A DNA stretch of 64,000 nt from the human T2T-CHM13v2.0 reference genome, Homo sapiens. Of the stretch, positions 42,251 through 55,434 are shown piece by piece. Numbering within the stretch: the stretch's first letter is position 1; each line of letters opens with the position of its first letter. Location: assembly GCF_009914755.1 (NCBI RefSeq), contig NC_060932.1. The stretch is one strand, 5' to 3'. Made by a program: the position numbers and the translations under genes. Below the pieces are notes generated by a model, which did no database searches, was not told the origin of the DNA, and was given only the letters and a program-made list of their open reading frames with translations.

Positions 42251-43859
42251 GCTTTTGTGTGGGCGGCCTGTGGGACACACTCCCAGGATGGCCCAGTGGG
42301 TCCCTTCCTGCCAGCGCCTTCTAGGGCATACTGCCAGTGACACATTCCTGACAAGGAAGAGGGCCCCAGCCTGGCAGGCATGGATAGGCCTGCCCTGGGC
42401 TCCCAGTGACCTCTCTGGCTGCTCCCCTGCCCTTTTGGTGTGCCTGGGACAAATGGGTGTCCACCTTTCCTGCATGTCCCCATCCCACTCTCCCCCACCC
42501 TGTGCCTGCCCCTCTTTCTTTGGGGAAAGGCCGCCTTTGCCCCTCTGATTCTCCCTGCCTGTCCCCTCCTGGCCCTGCTGTCCGCATCCCCATTTCCTCC
42601 CCTCTCCTCCAGGCTGGATCTGCCTGCACTCCTGCCTCTGCCCACGCCTGCCCCTACCTCTATCTGCTGACCCCATGCCCACCTCCAGCTTGCCACCTCC
42701 CCACTCCTGTCCTGCGTACCTCCTGCCCCGGAGACATTGGGCCCAGGTCCACTACCACTGCTCACACTCAGAGCCCACCCTCACCACAGCTCTGCCCCCA
42801 CAGGCCCTACATCTGGGGAGAAGCTTCAGAAGATGGACATGAGGATGGGTCAGTGCCAAGCAGGACTGCAGTGTGGCCCCTCACATGACCACACCCTTCC
42901 ATGCCCTGGCCAAACACAGCTTCGCCTGGACATTCACGGCTGACCTGGCCCCCGAGGCCGATCCATGCCCAGGCACCTATGGTCTCCCTATTTCACAGCA
43001 AGGCACCTGAGGCTCGGAGGGAATCGGCTGACCCTGGGGCATGGAGCTGCTCCTGACTCTGCCCACCATGTCCAGGCCCCTCCTGCTCCTCGAATCTGCC
43101 ACCCCATCCCGAAAATCTTAGGAGGGGCTGGAGAGGAACAACCAAGAAAAGGGCAAAAGCTGAGCTGAGCTGCAATGGGTCAACTGGGAACAGCGGTTCC
43201 CTCTGGAATCAATGTTCTGATAACACGGACTCAGCTTCAGCATCAGGAGAAGGTCTGAGTGACCCTGTGGTCCAACCCCCTTGTTTTACAGATAAGGAAT
43301 CAGATGTCAATAAAGAGGAGCTGCCTTAAGGTGCAACTCCCACCAGACCGCGCCAGGACTGGGCCTCCTCCCCGGGCACTTGGCCCAGTGCCTCCTTCCC
43401 ATAAACCCAAACCCATAGAGGTCGCCTGCTGAAGGGTATAGCTTTGTGAACTGCTCCTCCGGTTATAATTGGCTTTTACAGGAAAACTGGCCCTGGAATG
43501 ACAGCACATGGCTTTGCCCTCTGTCTTTGATCAAACCTTTGACCCAAGGTCATGGCCCTGGGTGGTGACGTCATCAGTTCAGTGTGAACTAACATCTCTT
43601 TAGGCTTCGTCCTTGCTGCCTCTGTTCTGTTTGTTCCTTAACAGAGAAAAAGCCTTGTGCTTTACGTGTGTGGCACCTCCAGCCTTTTCACACCCTCCAA
43701 GGCTCACTCTGCTCAATTCTGGAACCAAAGGAAACTCTCAGTATCTGCTCTTCAGGGTTCTAATGGGAAGTGGGCGAGAGAAAGTGCACAGAGCACCAAG
43801 TTCAATATGGAGGACTTCCAAGTCACACAGAGCACGGTCCTACTGGAATTTTTTTCCTT

Positions 43860-44055
43860 TTTTTCTTTTTCTTTGTTTTGTTTTGTTTTGTTTTGATTTG
43901 TTTTGTTTAGAGGCTGGGTCTTGCTTTATCACCCAGGCTGGAGTGCAGTGGTGCAATCACAGCTCACTGCAGCCTCCAACTCCTGGGCTCAAGTGATCCC
44001 CCCACCCCAGCTTCCTGAGTAGCTGGAACTACAGGCACATGCCCACCACATCCAG
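43860..44055 (-). mobile_element. Partial AluJ/FRAM-like monomer
   Basis: cacccaggctggagtgcagtggtgcaatcacagctcactgcagcctccaactcctgggctcaagtgatcc. Confidence 0.85.
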
Positions 44056-46042
44056 CTTTCCCCTGGAGATTCTGACCATGGAACCTGAGGGTGCCAAGCA
44101 AAACATTTCCCCAAACCTAGTCAGTCCATTACCCTCCAAACCCTGAGCTTCTACAGGCTCAGAGAGGAGGAGCTGAAGATCCCCAGGGTCTTTATCGCTC
44201 AGTGCTCGACCCCGGGTGAGAGGGTTGCTGAGCAGGCAGGCAGGCAGGAAAAACCAAACAAAAACAAAGCAAAACACCTCTCTGCTTCCCTACATGGATT
44301 GTGAGTAGAAGGAGCTGCATAAAATCAAAGGAGTGGCACATCGCAAGTGTATCACATGAATCCAGAGGCGGGCTGAAGAGATATTTCATGCAGCCCCTGG
44401 AGAGGAGATAGGCCTTCCCTAGGAGAGGTTGGAGGACAGAAGGTCAGAAACATGGTATGACGAAGCCCCAGGAGGCCAGGCCTCGTCCCAGCGTTGACCC
44501 TAAGTCACTCCATGTCTGCGGATAAACCATCTCCCTTCTCGGTCCCCAGAAAGCAAAGGACCAGCTGAATGAGCCCAGAATGCCTCCTCATCCACATATC
44601 CTGCCTCTTTTAGTCTGTGGTTCTCAGAGAAGACATGCAAACAAGACAAGGTGTGATTTATTTGTGCCACTGCCAGCCACGTTCTCCCATTAGCACACAG
44701 CCTGGGCATGTGGTCTGTGTCCAAACTCACACAGTTGTGACCCCAAAATCAGTGCCGGTGACAAAGGCAGGCCACAGGAACAGGAGCATGGAGCCCCCAG
44801 GAAAGGGCAAGGAGCTGGGCTCAGCCCTCCACCTTGTCAGGCCCCCCTGAACACCATGTCGGGGCAGATGGCAAGGCCAGGACCCCTTCACTGGGCCTCA
44901 GGTCAGCGGACAGAACGGGATATGGCTGCCCATGGCCCTCCCCGGAAGGCTGGTGGAGGCGGGCTCCTGGAATGGGCACTGGTGCATCCCTGAGGCAGCT
45001 TTGGTGAGGCTGTGGGGAATGACAGCCAGATGTCTGTGAGGAACATCTGGCATCTGGTGCGGCCTTCCCAAGGACAAAACCAGCCACAAAACAGAGCTGT
45101 CACTGGGCACAGGGCTGAGACCTAGAGAGGGCAAGTGAGGGGGTGTAGCACACAATCTAGGGGTGGCGCCACCCCCCCACACACTTACTCTCCTCCTTCC
45201 AGGGCACCCACTGAGGTGCTGCACCTCCCATTGTAGACTGAGGTCACCTCTGAGGATCTGCAGGCAAAGGGGCATGCTAAGGGATGGGCATCGGTGTGGC
45301 CTCCCACCTTTGCATCCCTGCATGGCTGTGAGCCGCCGCTGCATCCTGGGCTCTGCTACACCTGCCATGCCCATCCCCGCACCTTGAGAGTAAAGCAACG
45401 GTGGCTTGTAGGCTTTCACCTTCAGCTCCTCCAAGCAGCATCCCTTCCATTTCCTCCTGGACAGCTGAGAACAAGCTGCTCAGTCTTTCCATCCTCCATT
45501 TCCTCATCAGACCATTACTATGTGCTGGGCTGTCTGATCAGTTATCTGCTCACATTTCCTAACTAACCAGCCAACCCCTTCACCCACCCCACCTCTGACC
45601 TTAAAACCCCTTTCCCTTCCCCTCTCTTCTCCACCCTGTCCCTCTAGGTTTCTGCCAGCTTCCTGCTGGCTCACATTCCTCCGTCAGACTTCTACACATC
45701 ACAAGACCTCTGAGCTCACCCTAGCTCTCTTTTCACTTCTTTAACCTTGATCTAATCGATTTCTCATTCAGTTCTGTGTAAGAGGTGTCCACATGTGTAT
45801 CCCCTCTGTGGCAGAGTCAGGACTGGGCTAAGCCAGGGAGGGTCCAGAGGCACAGCATAGAGACCTCACTCCAGGTGGTCACCCTGACGTTGCACCCAGA
45901 CTGAGCGAGCCAGCACCTCCTCAAATTGTGCATCTTGTCCTCTCATCTTGCTCTGCTTCTCTGGATCTCAAGCTTTATTTAAATTTTCTATATGTGTGAC
46001 CTCAAAGCCACCAACAATACAATGAGTTCAAGACAACAACTT

Positions 46043-46372
<330 letters not shown>

Positions 46373-47418
46373 CTATTGCCCCCAAACTTTAAGTGCCATG
46401 AGGGTGGCTCTGCACCCAGGAGTTTGTTTTCCATCCGTATGTTCTTTCTCCAGATACCACTCCTTCTGGGAACTTCCCTCCATCTCCACTGCCTCCCCTT
46501 TGGCTCTGCCCTGTCATCTCTCATGCACCTCCCCAGATTTGCTCAGCTCCTGCTGCCATCACCCCACTCCACCCCCAGGTCCTCAGCTGTTCAGCAGAGA
46601 CCCCAACCACTTCTGCTGGTTTGCCAACTCCTCACACTACCAACATCCTCAGCCCTGACCCAGGAGGCTGCAGTTCCACAGGGCATCCATCACTCCTGCT
46701 GGGACAGGGGCCTCAGGGGTCCTGGGTCTTGAGCAGACCAACTGGAGCAAGGAGGTTAGATCTCCACTCACCGCTTCCGGGCTCACATGAAGCTCATGGG
46801 ATCTGGCTTTCCCCATAGCTACACAGAGGGACCAGGTACACAGCCTTGAACTTACAGAGGGCTTAACACTCCTCAGGCTGGAATTTAACCAGTCAGAAAC
46901 ACAAAAGAGCTGGCAAGTCAGTTATCCACCAGTTATCCACCCCCTCCCCTATCTAGATAGACTATTCCAAGGGCACTGATTGCAGGCTGGCCTCTCTGCA
47001 ATGCTGACGTCCTGCAGGACTCAACGCGCAGCGCCGCCTTCTGGGGCAGCTGCTGCCATCTCTGTAACACCCTCTCTGTACATGTTCCTGGGTCTCGCCT
47101 CCTTCCCCTCTCTCTTGCTGCTTTGGGGTTGGACCTCACAATGAACAGCAGAACAGAAACCCTGCCACAGGCACCTCTCACTTGGCCTAAGACTCTTCCC
47201 AGCTTCTCCCCTTGCCTCTGTGTCTCCTGACCGCAACCTGCTTTTCCACCCAAAGCAAAGTGAACTTAAAGCACAGTAAAGCAGTACTCCTCTCTTGGTC
47301 AAACTGCTCCAATGGGTGGAAGGGGATGTACAGTTTGCAAAAAATTCATCAAGCCGTACAGTTAAGATGTGTTCAGCTATCTGGATGTTTTCTATCCTTC
47401 ACTGTAAAGCTTAAAGTA

Positions 47419-47757
<339 letters not shown>

Positions 47758-50700
47758 TTAAAGTAAAACAAAACAAAGTCTTCAATGGGTTGCCACTCAA
47801 CTAACAATAAAACTCCAAATTCTTCCCGTGGCCACAACACCCTAGGGAAGTCGGCCTCTGTCCATGCCCCACTCCAGTCCTCTACCGCTTTTGTGTTTAC
47901 TCCAGAAGCTGCGGGGCACTGGCTTCTGGAGGCTGGAGCTGAGGCCACTGCTGTCCCTTTATAGTTTCCTCCACCCGGAGTGCCCTTTGCCTGGCTGTGT
48001 CCTCAGAAGGGTCCCTTAATTCCCTGACCTGAGCAGAACCCTTCTTCCTTTTTTCTTACCCTCCCACTGTTGTTTATGTCCTACAGAGCACTTATTATAA
48101 CTTCCAGCTATAATAGTCAGCTATAATTTTAAGGGCTATCTTTCCTCTTGTTTTTTTCCCTCATATTAACTATTATACTACCCTGAAATGCAGATACTGT
48201 TTCCAGTTCACAGTAAGCCTTTAATCAGTATTTCCTGAATCAATGAACAAAATGTTTGCAGCAAAGATACAAGGTTTTTTTTTTTTTTCATGTTTTCAGG
48301 TGAAGAAACTTGAGTCAGAGAGCACTTGTAATGTCCTCAAGGACACAAGGGCATCAATCAGAGAGGAGGAGACTTGTGCCCAGCATCCCCTGGTGCACTT
48401 TTCCTGTATTAATGCATTGAATCTTCACAGTCATAGGTGGGCTTGTTCTACCCATTTCACAGATGCTGAAATTAAACACACAAAGGACCAGCCATAAGTA
48501 AAGAGGGGACAGAGGGCAAACACAAGAATTCAAGCCCAGGTCTGTCAGTGTAAACTTCCAAGTGTTTAACCAGGATATAAATTGCTGGGTCTCAGGAGTT
48601 AAGATGTTTAAAAGATAAAATAAAGTCCTCTGCTAGCCCAGATTTTTACTATTTCTCAGTGCAGGCTTGCCGGCTCCCCGTTTCTTTCCTTGCAGATGCC
48701 TAAGGCCACTTGTGGCTTCCAAGCAACAAAACCTTGTGGACCATGGAGCCTTGGACATGCCTCAGCCCAGGCCCTGTTGCCCATCTAGGGACAGCATAGC
48801 ACGTTGCACAGGCCGGTTGTTTTTTGACATTGAAATAATCTGTTGCTCGGTCAGAGTTCCCAATGAGACAATTCTACTCTTCCCTCCCTGGTTGTGGGCT
48901 CCGCTGTCAACTGTACATGACGCAGTGAGGAGGGCGATGAGCTGACTTCCAGCCTGGGAAACCATCCCAGCCCCACCTCTGCTCAGGGATGGTGTTGGGG
49001 GCCTAGGGGTACATGGATCATAGTCTCTGGGGTCCATTTTACCTGAGTCCCAATCTACAAAGCAATAGCACTGAGCAAGTCATCTTCACTCCTTAAGGGT
49101 ACATTTGTGCATCAAGGGCTGCCAGGAAGGAGGGGTGAGAACGCAACGCGGAAGTGGGTGCGGGGAGCCTGCAGGGCTCCGTGGCTGTGCTCTGCCTCCT
49201 GCAGTTTTACTTGACTGCTCTCCTGCCTTCTCTGGGCTCTGGTTAACCCCTCTCTGAAGTGGACAATGTAGGAGGCAGTGAGGTGGGGTCTAGATTCACT
49301 TATAATAGATAATCTACAAATACTCTCTCACTGAATCTTTGCAATGTGTCTACGCAGGAGATTTTTGCTTGCTGTTTTCCAGATTTCTGCCCGAATCCAC
49401 ACAACAGATAAACAGTGGAAAAGGGTTTCCGCTCTCGGATTTATCAGATACATGCCTATCGGATTTCACAAACTGTATTCTTTCAATTCCATTTTGTTCC
49501 CCCTCCCCAGAAAAAAAGAAAAACAGCAATGCCGCTCTTGGGCACAGAAGAGCTTAGGGCCTTCCTCTGGACCTCCTCCAGTTTTACTTCATCCCACAGA
49601 GGAAGAGGAGGGACCAAGGGACCATTCCCATTTGGACCCCATGCTCATCTTCTAGACCGCACTTCAGGATCTGGACCTTGGACCTCCCTGCCCACACGGT
49701 CTGAACCTGGCCCATTCTCCTTCTAAAGTACAGCCTCATTGCCCATCTGTACTCCTGAGGGTGGACTGGACCATTCCTGGGGTCTCCTGGGCCCAGGGGG
49801 CTTTAAGGGGCAGCTGTCTGTCAGGTTTGTGGACAGAACTTGATCTTATATATCAGGGGGTCCTCACACATGCAGATGAGGCCCTCCTTGGCTCAAGACC
49901 AAGCAGGAGTTACGAAGAGAAGGAGGCCAGGCCGCGGACTGGGGCTGGGAGCCTGGGTGTGACTCTCCCTGGGCTACCATGATTTTGCGTGTGACTTTAA
50001 GGAGTCCAAGGATGCTGTATTCAAACCTGCCTCCCAGGTTTTTGTGCAGGCATATTTGTCAAGTTAGAAGGAAAGAAGTTATTTTCCAGGACACTTTTAA
50101 AATTTGATCTACAAGATATAAATAGGAGCACACTAAGTACGTAAGCTTCCTTTTGTTGTCTTGCCCTAGGCTGCTCTGGTTAGGGCCGATCGGAGTGCAG
50201 AGCCAGATCTGGCCCAGAACTCTCAGCCCAGATGAGCAGAGGCAATGGATGGAGGTGCTTGGCTCCACATTCCAACCTCATCTCAGCCAGCACAGTCCTT
50301 CTCAGCTAGGGGGTTTCACTCTCAGCCCAACCTGAGCACAGGCAGGAAGATGTCTTTCTATTCCCCAGATTTGGGGGTCCAAGACAGAAAATGTCTTCAG
50401 TAGAAAACACACGTGGCATTGGGTGCTCAGGGGAGCCAGAACTCACCTGCAGGGGGTTGTGGCACCCCAGGGCAGTGCCAATGAGCTCCTCTTATTACCT
50501 TCCACCCCTTCAGCCATTTATGTTCACATCTGTTGTTAGATTGATGTAAATAAGAACCTATTATAAACAAATAGACATCCCATGTGTCTATTACATATCA
50601 AGCAAAATTGACTGGTTGGATTTCCAGAATATGGAAGCAGATATTTCCCAAGAGTAGACAGACAGTCAAAATGCAGACAGAGTTTTAACAGAGTTTTTTT

Positions 50701-50789
50701 TTTCTGGGCAAGTACACGTAGATTGTTCCAGGGTAAGGGGCAAAAGGAAGCAGTCTTTATTGTCCTGAGCATCCCTTTCTAGGTTTGGT

Positions 50790-51568
50790 TGTCTATGTGT
50801 GTGCATCTGAGTATGTGTATATAAGTGGGGCTGTGTAGTGAGTATGTATGTGAGCACATGTGTGTCTATGTGTGGGTATGTTTGTATGCCTGTGTGTGAG
50901 TGTATGTGTGTGTCTTGTTTGTGTATGTTTGTAGGCACGTGTGTGGTGTGTTTGTATGCCTGTGTGTGAGTGTATGTGTGTATCTTATGTTTGTATGCAT
51001 GTGTATGTGTGTGTATGTTTGTATGCCTGTGTGTGAGTATACGTGTTTATGTTTGTATGCCTGTGAGTGTATGTGTGTGTATGTATGCCTGTGTGTGAGT
51101 GTATGTGTGTGTATGTTTGTATGCCTGTGTGTGAGTGTATGTGTATGTTTGTATGCTGGTGTGTGAGTGTGTGTATAGGTATGCCTGTGAGTGTATGTGT
51201 GTATATGTTTGTATGCCTGTGTATGAGTGTATGTGTGTGTGTGTTTGTAGGCCTGTGTGTGAGTATATGTATGTTTGTATGCCTCTGAGTGTATGTTTGT
51301 ATGCCTGTGTGTGTGTGTATGTTTGTATGCCTGTGTGTGTGTGTATATGTATGCCTGTGAGTGTACGTGTGTGTATGTTTGTATGCCTGTGTATGTGTAT
51401 GTGTGTGCCTATTTGTATGCCTGCATGTGAGTGTATATGTGTGTGTATGTTTGTGTATGTTTGTATGCCTGTGTGTGAGTATATGTGTGTGTGTGTTTGT
51501 ATGCCTGTGTCTATGTATGTTTGTATGACTCTGTGTGTGTGTGTGTTTGTGCATGTGTTTGTGTGGGG
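50790..51568. repeat. TG-rich minisatellite, variable unit near GTATGTTTGTATGCCTGTGTGTGAGT
   Basis: The core tgtatgcctg recurs about 15 times in about 780 bp. Confidence 0.93.
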
Positions 51569-51910
51569 GTAAATTCAAAGAAACCAGGGTAAACATAATC
51601 AAAAGGACAAAGACAGGACACATAGCTTACAGCAAAACAAGTCACCTAAAACATGCAGCTTTGACACTTGTTTTCCTTCAGTCTTCCAGTAACTGCGAGG
51701 TTGTGTCAGAAGCATCACGATTAATCAACCACATTTCTGGGAAATCCCCAAGACATCGCATAACCCCGTATCCCTACTCATTCTCTGACAAGTGTAAAAC
51801 AAGTTCTGCCAGGATAAGGTTAGCTACAGGACATGAGAGGCACTCAGAAGTGCAGAGTTCCTCCATGAATTTCTTACATAAATGCACATTTATATAGAGA
51901 CATATATTTA

Positions 51911-52002
51911 TATAGAGATTGTCTATGTTTAGGTGTATGTCCTTTTACAACTATCTTATAGAGATTGTCTATGTTTAGGTGTATGTCCTTTTACAACTAT
52001 CT
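51911..52002. repeat. Perfect 2 x 46-bp tandem duplication
   Basis: tatagagattgtctatgtttaggtgtatgtccttttacaactatct at 51911-51956 and 51957-52002. Confidence 0.97.
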
Positions 52003-52557
52003 ATTTAATTGTCGCCACTCTATATTTCATCTCTTTCTCAACTCAAAACAAAAACCCCCATGTGAAATGCAGAGTCTCCACGAGCTGAAGCCTTGTGCAT
52101 GGCATGACCCTAGTCAATGAGATCATCACACCTATATGCTGCAGTCTCCACTTTACTCGGGATGGCACCAGGGACAGAGTGATGTGGCTGGTACAAGGCC
52201 CCATGGCCAGGCAGCGCTGATTCATATTGAACCTCAAACCCCTTCTAGTTCCACTGGGACATGGATTCATGTCCAAAACCTAGGAGGGTGTAATGGTTTT
52301 TTAAGAATACATGGCTAACCTCTAAAAATGGGAGGCAGGGGGAATATCTTTCATTAGATGTCACACAGAGTGGGCCGCTGGTCATGCATTTTGACCAATA
52401 CATGGAAGGGAAGAGAAGAGAGACCCTCTAAGAGGAGCCACACCACTCAGCACTCCAGGGAGGAAACTGAGGCCCCCACAAAATGTCCTATCCAAGGGCA
52501 CCTTGGGAGCTGGTGGCAGCAACTCCAGATTCTCAGTCATCACCTCAGAGTATATTA

Positions 52558-52770
52558 TCCGATGTTGGCAAACTCCTGTAAAGGGCCCGATAGTAAATAG
52601 CCTTTGGATCATGCGTCTCTGTCTTAAAGACTCAACCTGCTATCCCAGTGTGAGAGCAGCCATCGACAATACGTTAACAAGTTGACATGGTTGTGGTCCA
52701 GTAACACAATTTGTAAAATTGGTTTCTGGCCAGTGATCTGGCCTTTGGGCTGTAGTTTGCTGTCCTTTGA
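52558..52770. mobile_element. MER58A-like hAT-Charlie element
   Basis: gttggcaaact..ctgtaaagggcc.gatagtaaata...gcagccat.gacaatacg...ggcc...gggctgtagtttgc. Confidence 0.8.
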
Positions 52771-53274
52771 ATTCGATCAGGGAGGGTCTTCCCTGCTGGA
52801 ATGGACCAGTTCCCCATGCAGAACTCAAGACAGATGAACTTCTCGACTCTGCTCAACTCCCTCTCTGTGACGTGGTGCTCAGATACAGTCACGTTACTGC
52901 CAAGCACTTTGATTTGTGGCATGTTCTTTTTTATATAGATTTGCCATAAAAATATTAAGTATGATAACAAGAACCACAGTAAAAACCACAACTTGGTAAC
53001 TATCTGCCAGATTGGGAACTATCATTTCAGATTACAGACAAGGAAACCGAGGCTCAGAGAGGTGAAGTCCCTGGCTGAGATCCCTGGCTGGCAAGTGGCA
53101 GACCTGGGATTCCACTCTAGCCCCGCTGACATGAGACCACAGGTCTTAGCAATGACATGTTATAACAAGAGTTAACCTGTGATTTGCACTGACTGTGCCA
53201 GGCTGCAGTGGGAGCATTTTATGTGCGTGTTCCCTCTGCTCTAGAGAGTAGGTAGTATTATTATTGTATTTATT

Positions 53275-53575
53275 TATTGTTTGTTTATTTATTTATTTGA
53301 GACGAAGTCCTACTCTGTCGCCAGACTGGAGTTCAGTGGCACGATCTCGGCTCACTGCAACCTGACTCCCTGGTTCAAGCGAGTCTCGTACCTCAGCCTC
53401 CTGAGTAGCTGGGATTATAGGCACATGCCAACATGCCTGGCTAACTTTTGTATTTTTAGTACAGACAGGGTTTCACCATGTTGGTCAGGATGGTCTTGAT
53501 CTCCTGACCTCGTGATCTGCCCACCTTAGCCTCCCAAAGTGCTGGGATTACAGGCATGAGCCACCGCACCCGGCC
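53275..53575 (-). mobile_element. Alu (AluSc/Sg-like)
   Basis: Reverse Alu with ctgacctcgtgatc. TSD-like tattgt(a/c)tttattt. Confidence 0.93.
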
Positions 53576-53787
53576 TATTGTCTTTATTTTACAGGGAAAA
53601 CTAAAGTTCGAAAGACTAGCTTGTCAAAATAAACAAGAAAGCCTGGATTTCACTGATGCTTTTAGACCTGAGTCCACCCACCAAAGATGATGTTATGCAG
53701 TCATGGCCTCCGAGGAAGAGAGGACCAGATTCCAATCCCAGGCCTTCCCTGACTTCTCATCCTGTGATCCTCTCATACATCCCGAGT

Positions 53788-54036
53788 CAGGGGTTCTCAA
53801 AGGGGGCAACATCACTTCCAAGGGGGCAAAATTCAGTTTGGGTAGGAGTGGGAGAGAATCTTAGATACTATAATAGCCTTAGGCCCTCCAAAGTGCTACC
53901 CTACCCAACAGCATACAGGGGTATATAATACATGTATGGTATTGCAGTTTCAGAGAAGGGGGATAGTTAGGAAACAAATATTTACAGAGGCTCCTTTGGG
54001 GGTAGATAATAATAATTTAAAAGTTAAGAAACACTG
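53788..54036. mobile_element. hAT-type DNA transposon relic
   Basis: The termini cagggg.ttctcaa and ttaagaaacactg form an imperfect Charlie-like inverted repeat; family not identified. Confidence 0.5.
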
Positions 54037-54226
54037 TGCCAAGTGAAAGGTATTCAACTCGATCATCTTCCTGAAAGTATATGTACATAATAAATACACA
54101 CTCACACACAAGTAAATACATCATGTGTGTAAATGTATACAGTAAGAGCCCACACTCAGGGCCATCACTGCATCAAGAGTTCCCCAGGTATTGACTCAAT
54201 AGATCCTCAAACACTCTACAAGGTAG

Positions 54227-54543
<317 letters not shown>

Positions 54544-55434
54544 CAGCATCCTCTTCTTACAGATGAAGAGACCAGGAAGAGAAAGGTTACATAACTGTCC
54601 TAAGGTTAACAGAGAGGAAGGAGACAGAGCTGGGAGGCCCAGCTGGGTGACCCAGCTCCAGAGGCTGTGGTTTAACCAGCTTCAACCACTGATGGAGCTA
54701 CTTTGACCATGCAAACCTCTTCTAGGAATCCACCTGCAGGAATAATCCACAGGTGCATATGGAGCTCAGTATAAGAAAGTCTCATATTGCATTGTTGCAA
54801 GAAACCGTACCCTGGAAGCAAGATAAATCGCCATCAATTTGGGAATGATTGAAGAGGTGATGGTGCAAGCTGCCCGGAGCCAAAGGAGACCTGTACCATT
54901 GAGAATGAGATGGGCTGCATGCCCTGGTCTGAAATGCGCTGACAGTGAAGTGTTTGTGTCGCACAAGCTCGTTGCTTCTAATACATGGGTCGTACAGTTT
55001 TAGGCAGAGGCAGGAGTCAGTGACCCAACGGTTCCAGGGGTCATCTCCAGGCTTAGGTCTGGCTGGGCAGGGTTGGAAAACTGTTTTTCTTCTTTGAAGT
55101 ACACACATTTAAAACAAATGATGAGAGGTTTTAGTTTTCCATCATTTTCAGTAATTTTCACATAAAATTTCACAGCACATAATCATAATTAAGTAATTCA
55201 ATTACGATTTCTATTTGGTGACCTCAGTCCTAATAAGCCTCCCAAGAGGAACTCCTGGTGACCTGCAGCTGGAGGGCAGGGCCCGGGCTGACTTGGTCCC
55301 AAGTGCCAGGCCACAGACCTCTACGTGGCGGCTCCAAACCCACAACCCACACTGCTGCCCATCCCTCCCAGCCTTCGGGTCCACCCAGAGGGAACAGCTG
55401 GGTGGGTCACTTTGTGGTCACATACATGTTCCCA

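Noticed and set aside
41689-42765. Long ORFs (358, 294, 191, 166 and 154 aa) over the GA repeat
   Set aside because: They are open only because (GA)n/(TC)n has no stops. The products are Ser-Leu or Arg-Glu repeats in several frames and on both strands.
50900-51623. His/Thr-rich and Cys/Val-rich ORFs here and at 55321-56409
   Set aside because: Translations of TG/CA repeats, not metallothionein-like or His-rich genes.
50790-52002. Repeat arrays considered as CRISPR-like or an engineered insert
   Set aside because: No constant repeat with unique spacers, no cas or vector-like ORFs, and a eukaryotic intronic context.
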